Positions 12,185-24,990 are shown, counted from the first letter of the stretch. The stretch is DNA of 64,000 bases from Raja brachyura (GCA_963514005.1 OY740787.1:42594001-42658000), one strand, 5' to 3'. Made by a program: numbers and translations. The notes: generated by a model from the sequence alone, not told the origin.

Positions 12185-12715
12185 TCCAGTGATGAGACCA
12201 CAGTTTGAGTGCTGTGTGCAGTTTTGGTCACCCAGCTATAGGAAGGATATTAAGCTGGAAAGGGTGCAGACAAGATTCACAAGGATGTTACTGGGGTTGG
12301 TCGACTTAAGTTACATGGATACACTCGGACTTTCTTGCTGTAGAACTTAGGAGAGCTGAGAGTCTACCTTATGGAAGTATATCATGAGGGACATAGATAA
12401 GGTGAATGGTCACAGTCTTTTTCCCAGGGAAGGGGAGTTTAAAATTAAACATTATAGGTTTTAGTTGAGGGCGGAGAGGTTTAAAAGGGACCTATTGGGC
12501 AACACAGTGGTGGACGCAGAAAACAATCTGCCAAAAGAAGCATAGAGGCAGGTACAAATACAACTGAAAATATATTAATTCAGATAAATGTATTGGAAAT
12601 GTTTGGAGTAATTTGGGCCAAATACAGGAAAGTGAGACTAGTTCAGTAAACAACTAGGCCAGTATGGGCAGGATTTGCCAAAGGGCCTGTTTCCATGCTG
12701 TAAATCTCTCTGACT
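12185..12715 (+). mobile_element. CR1 LINE 3' fragment
   Basis: VMRPQFECCVQFWSPSYRKDIKLERVQTRFTRML and AAGGGCCTGTTTCC tail. Confidence 0.85.
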
Positions 12716-13826
12716 TAAGGTTCTTGAGAGCGTTTGCAGTGAGTTTAAGTGTAATGGATTGTAGAAGTCGATAATTCATGTGGGTTGTTCAGCAGTAGAG
12801 AGCACAGTGATGGTAAAAAATAATTTCAGCATTAATAGAGGACACAGAAAATGAAATCTCAGTTATTTCTTGATGGGTCGAGGCCATTCAGCCTCATGGG
12901 CCTGGTCTGCTCTTCCCTGAGATCGTGGTTGATCCAGCTACCTGCTGTGATGTGACCCTTAGTACGATGACCTTACAGAAATCTACCAATCCCCGTTTTG
13001 AAGTCTTCAGTAGATCACAGTATTGAAAGCTTTTGGGGGGAAATTACTGCAGATTTCTACCTGCCCACGTGAATAAATGCTTCCTGCCATAATAGCTGAA
13101 TGATCTAGCGTTAGGTTGTGCGAAAATGCTTCATTCGCTCACAAAAATAGCTTTTACATATTTCTCTCGACCTCTTGATTATGATAAACATGTACTCTAC
13201 TGTAAATCTTCAATGTTTTGCTTCTTCGTCTGTTCTTGATGAGAAAAGATTTAACACTTTGATAATCGCGATTGCGAGGCAAAGGTTTATACATTATTTT
13301 CATTTATTCCATAGGTGTCTAATTCTCCTGAATATAGTATACATTTTGAGTGGGCTGCTTCATTAATGGCTCAGTTTCAAGGTGCAGTGCACCATACTTA
13401 GAGCTTCTGTTTTCTTTTGTGAATAATTACTAACGGTTCTGAAGGCCTTTCTTCAAAGGAGCCGTTGATTTTCAACCAAGTGCTTCCCAGAGGGCAAACA
13501 GATGGGGGAAAATTAGAGTATAAGTTGCCCCATTGATGGTTCCACTTATCTACTCATTACCCCCGCCGCCCCCCCCCCCCCCTTCCCCTTTCCCTCCTCA
13601 TCCATTCTTAACAGGTGGAACTATCTTTGGTGTCAGCAATGAATGTCAGTTGATAAGGGATGTCCGTCCTTAGGAGAAGGAGAGGGGAATAATATTGTGC
13701 AAACGATCCATAGGAAAGTGGTAGCAAAATGTTTAATAATGCTTCCTCAAGAGCATCAACATTGAATCTGCCTGCTTACATTTATTAATGAGTTTTGTTT
13801 ACTATCTCATTATTTTCATTTTATAG

Positions 13827-13922
<96 letters not shown>

Positions 13923-14009
13923 TGATGAAATGGCATTTCCTCTCTAATACTGCTTCTGTTCTTCATCCCTGTGCCAGTTCTCACCAGACAAACACAAATT
14001 TCTAGGATA

Positions 14010-14460
14010 GAACCATAAAATAAAATGGCACAGGAGGTGGCCATGAACTCATCATGCCTTTGCAGCGTGTTTGAAACAGCAATTCAATTAGTCTCACTCC
14101 CCAACTCTTTCCCCAAAGACCTACAAATGTTGCCTTTTTTTTGTTCAGATTCAAATCCCCATAGAAGGTTATTATCGAACCTGCTTTTACCACCATTTCA
14201 AGCCGCATATTCCAGATAGATAGAAAACATCGACTTGAAAGAAAAGTCTCCTCATCTTCCCCCTGACCTTTTCGCCAATTACCTTAAATCTGCGCTTGTG
14301 CTACTGGCCCTTCTGGTTGTGGAGATAGTTTCTTCCTTTTTGCAGTCGAAGTCCCTCATAAATCCCTCTATTAAATCTCCCATTAACCTTTTCTGTATTT
14401 CAGAGAAGAACCCCAGCTTTCCTTCTTCCTCCATATCCATGATTGCATTCCTGTAAACTT
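14010..14460 (-). mobile_element. Very old CR1 3' fragment
   Basis: Degenerate LGFFSEIQKRLMGDLIE peptide on the minus strand. Confidence 0.55.
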
Positions 14461-14820
14461 TCAGATCGTTCCCGATCCTGAGAATCGGTCCCATGTGCGT
14501 TCACCAAGCATGTAAATCTGAACAGCAACCCATGGTCAGTTCTGTTGGGGATTATATTCAGGCAGAATGCCCTTCATTTAATGATAACCTAGGCCCAAAA
14601 GTTGACTTAAGCACAAAGGACCAGACAGAGGTGAAAGAATGTTTGCAGTTGGACCTTAGCGATGCATTTATTGTCACTATACCGCAGCAACCTTCGCAAG
14701 GGTCATCAGGCCTAGTGTTCAAACACAAAAGCGTTATAACAGAGGAATGCCAAAAGTGGATAAATTGATTGAGGGGGCAATATATCCAATGATGAGCGAT
14801 GATCAATCAGAAAAGTTTAA

Positions 14821-15066
<246 letters not shown>

Positions 15067-15464
15067 TAAAACATGTTGCTCTTCATTGAGATAGTTGCTG
15101 GAACTCTCCTCTGGGCCATTTGTCTGCAGACGGCTGTTTCACTCTTTTAATTTTACAGTCTCTCCCATCACCAGTACTTTGTTACTTCAAGCATTTGGAT
15201 AAAGCTCTTAAGTTTTATCACCTGATCACATTGTCTGATTTAGTGGCTTGATGCTGATGGTTGTTTGTTGAAACTTCCAAGAAATGCCTTGGGATACTTC
15301 ACTGTGTGAAGGATGGCAAGTAAGTGCAAAGTAGGCTGTTACGGTACAGACTACTGGTCAATTGGTCAGGGGAGAAAGGATGGCTTACTACAGCAGGATT
15401 GTGGTCAAATTGGCAAAAATATTTGTCTAGATTTCAGACTGGAATATGTCCAATTGATTTAAGT

Positions 15465-15558
15465 CTGAAGAAGGGTCTCGACCCGAAACGTCGCCTATCT
15501 CCTTCGCTCCTTACATGCTGCTGCACCCACTGAGTTTCTCCAGCCTTTTGTGTACCCC
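15465..15558 (+). mobile_element. Solo PLE-derived mini-element (94 bp) starting exactly at the hammerhead-like core, 10-bp TSD
   Basis: TGATTTAAGT at 15455-15464 and 15559-15568. The insert starts CTGAAGAAGGGTCTCGACCCGAAACGTC. Confidence 0.85.
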
Positions 15559-15622
15559 TGATTTAAGTGCAATCTATTTCCAACAGAAGAATTCAGACAG
15601 ATGAACTGAGTGTGTTATTATA

Positions 15623-16528
15623 CAGTGCCCTACATAATGTTTGGGACAACCCATCATTTATGTATTTACCTCTGTACTCCACAATTTGAGATTTATAATA
15701 GAACAAATCACATGTGGTTAAAGTGCATATTGTCAGACTTTATTAAAATACATGTTTATACAATTTGGTTTCACCATGTAGAAATTACAGCTGTGTTTAT
15801 ACACAGTCCCCCCAACATAATGTTAGGGACACATGGCTTCACAGGCGTTTGTAATTGTGTTTAATTGCCTCATAATGCAGGTATAAGAGAGTTCTCAGCA
15901 CCTAGTCTTTCCTCCAGTCTTTCCATCACATTTGGAAACTTTTATTGCTGTTTATCAACATGAGGACCAAAGTTGTGCCAATGAAAGTCAAAGCAGCCAT
16001 TATGAGACTGAGAAATAAGAATAAAACTGTTATAGACATCAATCAAACATTAGGCTTTCAAAAATAAAGCAACAAAGGAGTTTTTCAAAGCTAAAAAATG
16101 GTCAATTTTTGAGTGGCCAAGTCAATCACCCGATCCAAACCCAATTGAGCAACCCGTTTATATGCCAAAGAGAAAACAGAAGGGGACTCGCCCCCAAAAC
16201 AAGCATAGCTAAAGATGTCTGCAATACAGGCCTGGCACTTCAAGTAGTCATTGCATGCAAAGGACATGCAACAAAATACTAAACATGACCACTTTCATTT
16301 ACATGACATTGCTGTGTCTCAAACATTAGAGTGCTCTGAAATGGGGGGACTATGTATAAACACTGCTGTTATTTCTACATGGTGAAACCAAAATGTATAA
16401 AAATGGCCTTTATTATAATCTGGCAATGTGCACTTCAACCACATGTGATTTTTTTTCTATTACATATCTCAAACAGAGGCAAATAAATAAATGATGGGTC
16501 TTTGTCCCAAATATTATGGAGGGCGCTG
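15623..16528 (+). mobile_element. Internally deleted Tc1-family transposon with long IR/DR-type TIRs
   Basis: TA|CAGTGCCC...GGGCGCTG|TG ends and about 200-bp inverted repeats. Transposase remnants MRTKVVPMKVK... (15960) and EWPSQSPDPNPIE (about 16111-16149), the Tc1 WPxxSPDLNPIE motif. Confidence 0.9.
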
Positions 16529-17562
16529 TGCCTATTGTTACACAAATATAGCAGGCTAAATAAGGAGGAACCACTGATCAATTGTATTCCCCATCTCCCT
16601 AGCTACCTTGTTGCAGCCTTGCATTTTTTTTATTTGCAGTTGTGAGTGATTTAAGTAAAATCTATTGCCAATAAAATAATGCTGAAAGATTAACTATGTG
16701 TGTTAGTATACCTGTTGGGGAAAAGTTTGGTTTATGTTTCATTGTAGGTTTTATGAGGGGACTGTTAAGCTTCACAAATCTAGCAGGATAGGCAGATAGG
16801 CAGAGGAACAATTACAAGAGCTCATCATGTCTGCAACTGATTGAGGCTGGGAATCATATCTTGTTCCTGATAGCTGAATTGAAATCTGCTCCCATGCCAA
16901 TTTCAGTGCAAGATTTGGAGGAGGTTAAGCAAGTGAGCTATCGTGGGCTTATTCAATCTTCAGGATCTTGTCTAGTGTGTCTTATGAAAGAAAGATATGG
17001 AAGTTTTGGCTTTCTGCCGTCATGTTTAATATCATTGTCTTTATGAATTCTAAATTTTTTTTGGTACAATGTTTAATAAACTAGTTATTGTGACACCTCC
17101 TGATTTTGGTGACTGCTGGCCTGATATTTGAGCACTTTGTAAGGAACAGGATGGATGGAGGAGTTTATTACACTCAATCGCGTAGTGATACAAAACAGCA
17201 ACAATGAAACTTGTGACTGCTTGTAAATGCCATTTCATGTGGGTTTCTGAGAATGTCAATCTTCTACACTTACCTTCCTGGAAATATTTGCTCTCAGATA
17301 GTTTGCCGTCTTTTAGCCACAGAGAAAACACCACCCCAAAATTTCAATTTGTGACCATGCCAATGAGTTTTATGTCTGTCATAATACATTGTTGGTACTG
17401 TGTGACAGGCTGGCTAACCTGACTCTGCTTGGCAAATTGCTTACATTTGTAGTATGAAGATCATGCAAGAACAGTCACAGGAGAAAAAGACCGCACAAAA
17501 TCCGGAGAAGAAGGCATTTTATCCCTTTGTTCATGATTCTCCCACCAGTTAAAACATCTCAG

Positions 17563-17695
17563 CAGTCTGAAGAAGGGTCTCGTCCCGAAGCGTCACCCTT
17601 TCCTTCTCGCCAGAGATGCTGCCTGTCCCACTGTTACTTCAGCATTTTGTGTCTATCTTCAGTTTAAACCAGCATCTGCAGTTCCTTCCTACACA
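17563..17695 (+). mobile_element. PLE-derived mini-element
   Basis: CAGTCTGAAGAAGGGTCTCGTCCCGAAGCGTCACCC...GCATCTGCAGTTCCTTCCTACAC. Confidence 0.8.
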
Positions 17696-20600
17696 TTTTG
17701 TCAGCTTCTACCCTGTCAAGCTGCCTTAGGATTTTACATGTTCAAATAAGTTCTTCTGAGCCTCAAGATGTACAGGCCTAAACCATCCAGCCTCTTGTCA
17801 GTTCCAGTGAGGGAGATGTCCTCTGGAGTTTAGGTGTTTGTATGCTCAGTTCTCATTCAAAAGTTCTCAGTTTATATTCCACCTTGGAAATGCCAATCTT
17901 TTAGCAATCGCACTAATCCATAGTTGTGCCTGGGCTCACAGTGGACTTCAAATATGTCATGGCATTGTTTAGAAAATTAGATGAGGAATTTGCTCCTATC
18001 TTCTAGCCAGAATCAACATTAAAACAGCAGATTATCTGGCCAATATCACCTTGCTCTTTGTAATATGCATTGGAAGGAACGACTGTTAAACAGGTTTCTT
18101 TCCTTCTACAGCATCTTCCTTATCTTGCACGAGTCTCATTGAATGACAATTCTACTGGCTTCAAGTTTTCCCTGTGCTTATTCCTGTGTGTTTGGAGACC
18201 GATATGGGAAGGGGTCAGGGAGAAGAATATCGCATATAATCCTGAAAACTTCCCTTCTCTAATATTCACACTTGACGTTGTTGATTTTTATTGTATTTCC
18301 ACATCAGCAAAGTAACATGAAGTCCAACCACTGCACTTCACCTTATGCTTTCTGCAGTTTCTGCAACCTGTCCCAGACCTTCATGGCAGCTTGCCATAGT
18401 TCGATGTTAATCAGTAAGCCTTCGTACTGATTACACCCACCGCAGAATAAATAATGAAAGTTTGACATTAAGGCCAAGCCATTTAACTGGCGTCAGGAAT
18501 GTAACTGCAGTCAGTAATGTGAGAGCACTACCACAATGCAGTTTGGGAGTAAATTCCAGAATTTGAACCAATATTTTGATTGAGAGGCGATAAAGGAACC
18601 GCATAACATTTCCAAGCAAGGATGACTGGAAAACCTAAAGGCAACAGTGTTTCCATTGCAGCTGTTGCTCCTGTCTTTCTAGATGGTGGAGGTGGTGGGT
18701 TATGGGAAGTGATGGATCTAGCGCTGTCTAGATTATGATATGTTCCCATGACCTTCCACTTCATGCCCCTCCCTGCTCACTGCCATTAATCAGTTAATGT
18801 CACCAGTAAATGGCGTTAATAGTTCCCTGCAATTATCAGCAACCTTCGGAGTGTGGCTGAAACTTCCTCAAAGTAACAAATCGAAGCTGGCGTCTGCTGA
18901 AAGACTATTGACTTCCCACTTTTAACACAGGACCATTACTTCTCTGCGGCGCCTTTTTTTTGCAAAATTTCCTCTTTTTTTCTCCTTTATCTGCCTCTGT
19001 TCAATACTGTGCTTTGCTTATTGAGAGTTGATGAGAGCTGGGATCAAATTTGATCAATACTACCAACATTAACATGAGCTTGTTCCAGAATTTATTTATT
19101 TAAAGCTCTAGTAATTTTCTCTGACAGTTCAGCTCCTGTTTTTGGAGCATTGGATATGTATTACATTGGCTAATCCAACAATTAGGTTGGGGAAGAAATG
19201 TCAATAACAAAGTAATTAACTGTTGGTTAAAGGAGACACTAAGTCCTAGATCCTGTGTTATAAATGTTGTGGAAACCATAATAATGGATAAGTAATGTGA
19301 ATGCTCAGTGGAAAAGCTAACAAGTCTGGATGCTAGGGTGTGAGTTCATGATGGCACGCAGACCACAACAGCTCCACTGACCACAATCTGTCTACAGTGC
19401 ATTCCAGTATCTTCCACAGCTAAATCTCCACCTATCCTGAACTCCGACTCCTCTTTCTCTTATCTGCCTCCAGTGCTCCCCCCCCCCCCCCCACCGCTAC
19501 CTCTTTCTGCGCTCGTATCTTAAAATCCCACTCTCAGCTCTTGTCCAATACTCACATCACCTCCGTGCATCAACACATTACTCAAAATGAATTTTAGAGG
19601 GGATAATAGTATTGGAATTGTTATGGAATGTTGGTAAACATAAGGATTTGTAGTGTTGGAGCAAACAGTACTCATTGGTTGCAGTAACTCCAAGAGTAAT
19701 GGAGGAAAGAGGGACAGGGAGCTGCTGGTATCACTGTGGTCTCCGACATCGCACAGTATTCAGCATGTCAGAGAAGACCATCTCTGTGGTCATTTTATTC
19801 CTAAAGTGTAAAATAGTAAAAACATGGTAAGCATTTATGAGGGTAGCATTTATGTTTAAGAGCAGCCAATCCTCTGTAAAAGAACACATTGATGCTAGCA
19901 GCCGGGGGGGATGTTAAAGGTGACACTGTAATACCAGTGTGGGATGTTAAAGGTGACAGTGATACCAGCAGCCAGCGAGGTTGTTAATGGAGACAAGTCA
20001 GTGGGGCTCTGTGTGATGTTAAATAAACCTGTTATTTTGGATGTGACACTAAAGGAGGAGAAGAACTCAAGGTATTACTATGTGGGATTTAATGCAGGCA
20101 TTAACTGTAAAACTTGTTGTGATGTTAATGATGATCATAAATCCAGTGGCCAGTGGTTTGTTTATTCCATCATTAAATGCTGGCATTAGCAATAATTACA
20201 TATTCAGGGCAGTGAAGATGTTGCAAACCTCTTAAGTGCCTGCCAACTGTAGTAAGTGCGCTGGTTTCTGTGTCGCTGACCAAGCAACAGCGAAGGAATG
20301 GTTTGTTACCGCGTTGACATGATTGTCTTGATATGTCATGACGACATGCTTCTTGTAGGATAACTTGCAAATGGAGCTGCCCTCCTGACCTCTTTCAGTT
20401 GGTTAAGATTTTGCTTTGGGGAAACGGTGTCAAAGAAGTCTAGATGATTGTCTAGGTGATTGCTGCCTTGTGTTCTGTGGGTGGGAGCTTCACTCTCAGG
20501 AGGGAGTGAATGGTCAGGAGGTGGATCGGTAGCAAACAAGCAGATTATGCTCATTGAGGCAAACTCTGTGCAAGTATTGTCAGAGCTGTACTCAGCCAAG

Positions 20601-20729
20601 CCGCACATGGAAAGTAGTCTATTGTAATCTTGATTTATGCCTTGTAGATGGTGGACAAACTGTGAGGAATCAGACATTGAATCAGCCAGCACAGGATGCC
20701 CAGTGCCCAGTCTCAGGATCTATTCAGAA

Positions 20730-21470
20730 ACAAAGAACTGCAGATGCTGGTTTATACCAAAGATAGACACAAAGTGCTGGAGTTACTCAGTAGATCAGGC
20801 AGCTTCTCAAGAGGATGGATGACATTTCGCGACAGGACCTTCAGACTGAAAGTACAACTGGTGAAGTGAAAAGCTGGAGGCAAGACCGATCGTGGCTAGC
20901 CACAAATGACCTCTGGCAGGCCCTTTCCTTCTAGGTCCATTGTTTTCTCGGGGAGGTGTGATAGCAAGAGTAACAACGAGGAGAACTGTGGAACTGGTAA
21001 AACAACTTGGAAATGAGATTGAAGCTACTTAAAGTTAGAGAATTCAATGCTAATACCGTTGGGTTGTCAGCTACCCAAGCAAAATATGAGGTTAGAGAAG
21101 GTACATGCGAACCTCTGTCCAACCTGAAAGGAGTGTCGTGGTCCCATGGATGGAGTCAGGGGAGGAATCCCACCACTAAACACAACATCCCATCGCCACT
21201 CCGACAGTCCTTTTAGGTTCGACAGAGGTTCACATGTACCTCCTCTAACCTCATCTACTACATCCGCTGTTCTCAACGTGTTCTTTACTGACCAAACGTA
21301 GACTCATCAACCGTTTCGCTGAACACTTATGCTCGTTCCGCCTATGCCCACGTGATGTCCCAGTTGCCAACCATTTCAACTCTCCTTCCTATTCCCAAAC
21401 TGACCTTTCTGGCCTGGGCCTCCTCCATTGCCAGAGTGAGGGTCATACACAAACTGCAGGAACAGTACCA
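20730..21470. mobile_element. Rearranged Penelope-like element fragments in inverted orientation
   Basis: Minus-strand PLE 3' end (about 20730-21165), then plus-strand GIY-YIG segment QRFTCTSSNLIYYIRCSQ. Inverted repeat at about 21088-21138 versus 21203-21252. Confidence 0.75.
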
Positions 21471-21974
21471 CGTGTAACTGCCTCTTAATGTTGACCACGT
21501 CAAGTGAACTAAAGTGGCTGATGGTCATCCTCTGTGATGGGAGGAATTCATGGAGATGCTGAGATGGAGTACCAACTCAGCACCTCTGACTGACCCTGGT
21601 CGCAGATGGGAAGTCTTGTCTTTTCCACTCTGGGGCTGCACTCACCCCTGCTGAGGATGTGGATGCTAAGTGAGACAGCAGCTCCAACCGTTTGTGAGAC
21701 TGTTAAAGGAGCCAATAATTTTAGGTTGAGGCACAAGAGATTGCAGATGCTAGAATCTGGAACAAACGAGAAGGAGCTCTACTAGGGGAACTCAGTGGAA
21801 GAAAAAGGACTGTTGGCATTTCGGGTGTAGACCCTTCAACTGGACTCAGTTATTCTCTCCACAGTAATTTTAGGGACCAGGATATGATATAAGAGGGGAG
21901 ACCTTCAGAGATCAGTGCTACATGAGGCAAGAACTCATGGGGTTACTGTTTTGTGTGCTAGCCAGTTAAGTCAT

Positions 21975-22311
21975 ACCATCTACGAGTCCAATCAAAACAG
22001 ACATGAGTACAACAGGTAGTTTAAATGTAGAAAACAACGAAAGTGCAGTATATAGTGTTACATTTACAAAAAAATGTGCAGATTGTAAAAAAGTGCAAGT
22101 GTCGCAACGAGATTGGGAGATCGGGAATACATTCTTATCATATGAGTGGTTCGTTCAAAATTCTGATAACATCGGAAAGAAGCTGTACTTGAATCTGGTG
22201 GTGTATGCCTTCAGACTTTTGAAAGGGAAGAAGAGGGAATAATTTGGGTGTGAATGGTCCTTGATTCTGCTGCCTGCTTTCCCGCGGCACCGTGTAGTGT
22301 AAATGGAGTCC
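21975..22311 (-). mobile_element. Rex1/Babar-like LINE 3' fragment
   Basis: Reverse complement resembles the Rex1-like 3' ends at 32130-32690 and 60650-61085 (AAGAAGCTG..CTTGAATCTGGTGGTG). Confidence 0.55.
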
Positions 22312-22864
22312 CGGATAAATGTGTTATTTTCAAGGAATCAAACTACAGGGGGCAGTATTTGAGATATTGTCTCTAGGGATTTCTATGTTAACAATAATAA
22401 CTCTGGAGTCATTAGTGATGTCAAAGAACATTGTAAGCTCTGGACATCTGTGCGTAGGGTCTGGAATTCTAAAGGACAACTGGTGAAATTTAAGGGGTCA
22501 CTAACTTTCAAGCTGTTACACTAATGAGGTTTGGGTGTTGAAGGAGGCAGTGCTGCTCGGGTTTCGTTTGTCACATTAAAGGAGAAAGGACACAAGGAAT
22601 TTTATATAGACAGTAAACAAACTCTGGGTTCAATGATGTACAAGAAACACCAATTCTGGGCTCTGTCAGAATTAATTTTTGGCACAAACTGTCAGGGTTA
22701 GGGTCTGACATCAAAGCAGACAGACACTGCTGAGGTGGTTATGGTAAACAAATGAGGAAGTCTCTGGGTCATTCTGTTAAAAGTGATAAGAATTTGGGAG
22801 TCATTACCACAAAGATGAGGGTAACTTGAATTGGTAAAGGAGCTGGGAGATTCTGGGTAAGAAT

Positions 22865-23625
22865 CATAGTCACGCAGCAAAGAAAAAGACTCTGGCCCAA
22901 CTTGTCCATCCAACTAAGATGTTTGTCCACATTAGTCCCATTTGTCTGTGTTTAGTCTATACCTCTGAACATTTTTTACCCATGTTCCTGTTCAAAAGTG
23001 TTTTAAATAAAAGCTTTCTCTAGCAGCTTGTTCCATGAAACCAGTGTGAAAAAGTTGCCCGTCAGGTCCCATTTTAAATCTTTTCTGTTAGGTTCCTTTT
23101 AAAATCTTTCCCATTACCTTAAACATATGCCCTCTAGTTTTAAACTCCCTTACACTGGGAAAGGACTGTGACCATCCTGCTTATCTACACTCCTCATGTT
23201 TTTATATACCTATATAAGATCATCTCTCAGTCCAGGGGAAAAAAATCCCTGCTGATTCAGACTCTCTTTATAACTCAAGCCCTCCAGTCCAGGTAACATC
23301 CTCATGAATCTTTTCTGTACTTTTCCAGCTTAATGGCATCCTTATAGCTGGGTGACCAGTAATGTGCTCAATACTTCAATTGGGATCTCACCAAGACTTG
23401 TACAGCTTCAACCTGAAGTTCCAACTGCTGTGCTCATTGCCCTGTCTAATGAAGGCAAAACATCTTCACCACCCTGTCTACTTCTGTCACCATTTTCAGG
23501 AAACCATGTACTTGTACTCATTGGTCTTCCCGGTCGACAACACTCTCCAGGACCTGTCATTTACTGTGCAGTGAGTGCTGCCCTGAGATAACTTACCAAA
23601 ATGCAACACTTCACACTTGTCCATT
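22865..23625 (-). mobile_element. CR1 LINE 3' fragment
   Basis: MDKCEVLHFGK peptide and CR1 3' region on the minus strand. Confidence 0.75.
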
Positions 23626-23866
23626 TGATGGTATTGGTGCTTATTTTTAAAATATTTGTAGGTATCATAGAACTGATGTGAACCCATGGCCCAAAATAAT
23701 AGGATTGAATCAAAGCATGGAGCAAATGGTTAGCTTTACTCAATGATTGACAGCATCCGGTCAAGCCACTCCTTTTGCAAGATGGACCTGAGTATTCCAC
23801 ATTTGTAGTTGATGCAGGAGTGAAATTCATGGCTTAAGGTGTGCAGGTGGTGGAACTAGCATGTGT

Positions 23867-24071
23867 AGGAAGTAACTACAGATGCTGGTTTAAACTGAAG
23901 ATAGATACAAAATAGCTGGAGTAACTCAGCGAGTCAGACAGCAGTTCTGGACAAAATGAATAGGTGAAGTTTTGGGTCGAAGAAGGATCTCGACCAGAAA
24001 CAACACCTATTTATTTTCTCCAGAGATGCTGTCTGACCTGCTGAGTTACTCCAGCTTTATGTGTCTATCTT
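23867..24071. mobile_element. Fold-back PLE-derived mini-element with about 19-bp TSD
   Basis: TGGTGGAACTAG(C/T)ATG(T/C)GT at 23848-23866 and 24072-24090; internal arms are inverted. Confidence 0.8.
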
Positions 24072-24654
24072 TGGTGGAACTAGTATGCGTGCTGTACTCT
24101 GCTGTGATGTTTGATACACAGTGTATTTCTAACACCCACAGAGCAAAAGGGAATCATCAAAGGCGCTTCATCATGCGAAAATAGTGTACGTAACAATATT
24201 TCAGTAATTTGAAAAATTGCAAAATTCATCAAAAGCCTTGGTTTTCATCGTCAAATTAAAATGCATATAATTCCGGAGTGCTGGTGACATTGGGAGACTG
24301 CACACAGGAATTAATTGTCCCGGCAGCGTGAAAGAGTCCAATTACCACATCAGCAATAAAAAAAAACCTGGGAATCTGATATTAAAACAGAAGTACACAG
24401 CAGGTCAGCATCTGGACAGAGACAGATTGAATGTTCTCACTTTATCCTGGGAGAGATCTCTTTAGTTCTTCTAGTAAAAATATACTTTTAGTCGACACTC
24501 ATCTCTCTGACAGATGCTCCCAGATATGGTATGTTTGCTGAAAGTCTTCACTTGTTTTGATTTTGTTTGCCCTCCACAATAAGGTATCTAGATTAACATC
24601 CAGGAATTCAGGCTGTTGAGCAAAAGTACGAAAGGAGCCTGTGCACCTTCCTGT

Positions 24655-24990
24655 CATAGCATCATACAGGCCCTTCAAACCACAGAATATATCCTGTCGT
24701 CAACCACTCATTTTTACACTAATCCTACCGTAACCCATTTTATTCACACCGTATACTCATTAACTCCCACTAAATTCCACTGCCCCTCCACACACTCGGG
24801 TCAATTTATACTGGCCAATTAACCTACTAACCCATATGTCTTTGAGATATGGGAGGGAACCAGAGCCCGTGGATGAAACCCACACAGGCACAGGGAGAAC
24901 ATGCAAACTCTACACAGGTAGCAGCTGAGGCCGGGATTGAACTTTAGGTGCTGGAGCTGTGAGGCAATGGTTCCCCCAAACTGCAGTGCT
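24655..24990 (-). mobile_element. HE1-type SINE
   Basis: ACAGGCCCTT tail, GGCCAATTAACCTAC core and GGAGCTGTGAGGCA head on the reverse strand. Confidence 0.7.

Noticed and set aside
19908-19968. 33-bp-period tandem duplication GGGATGTTAAAGGTGACA
   Set aside because: Two copies only; ordinary local duplication. The same applies to 61157-61198.
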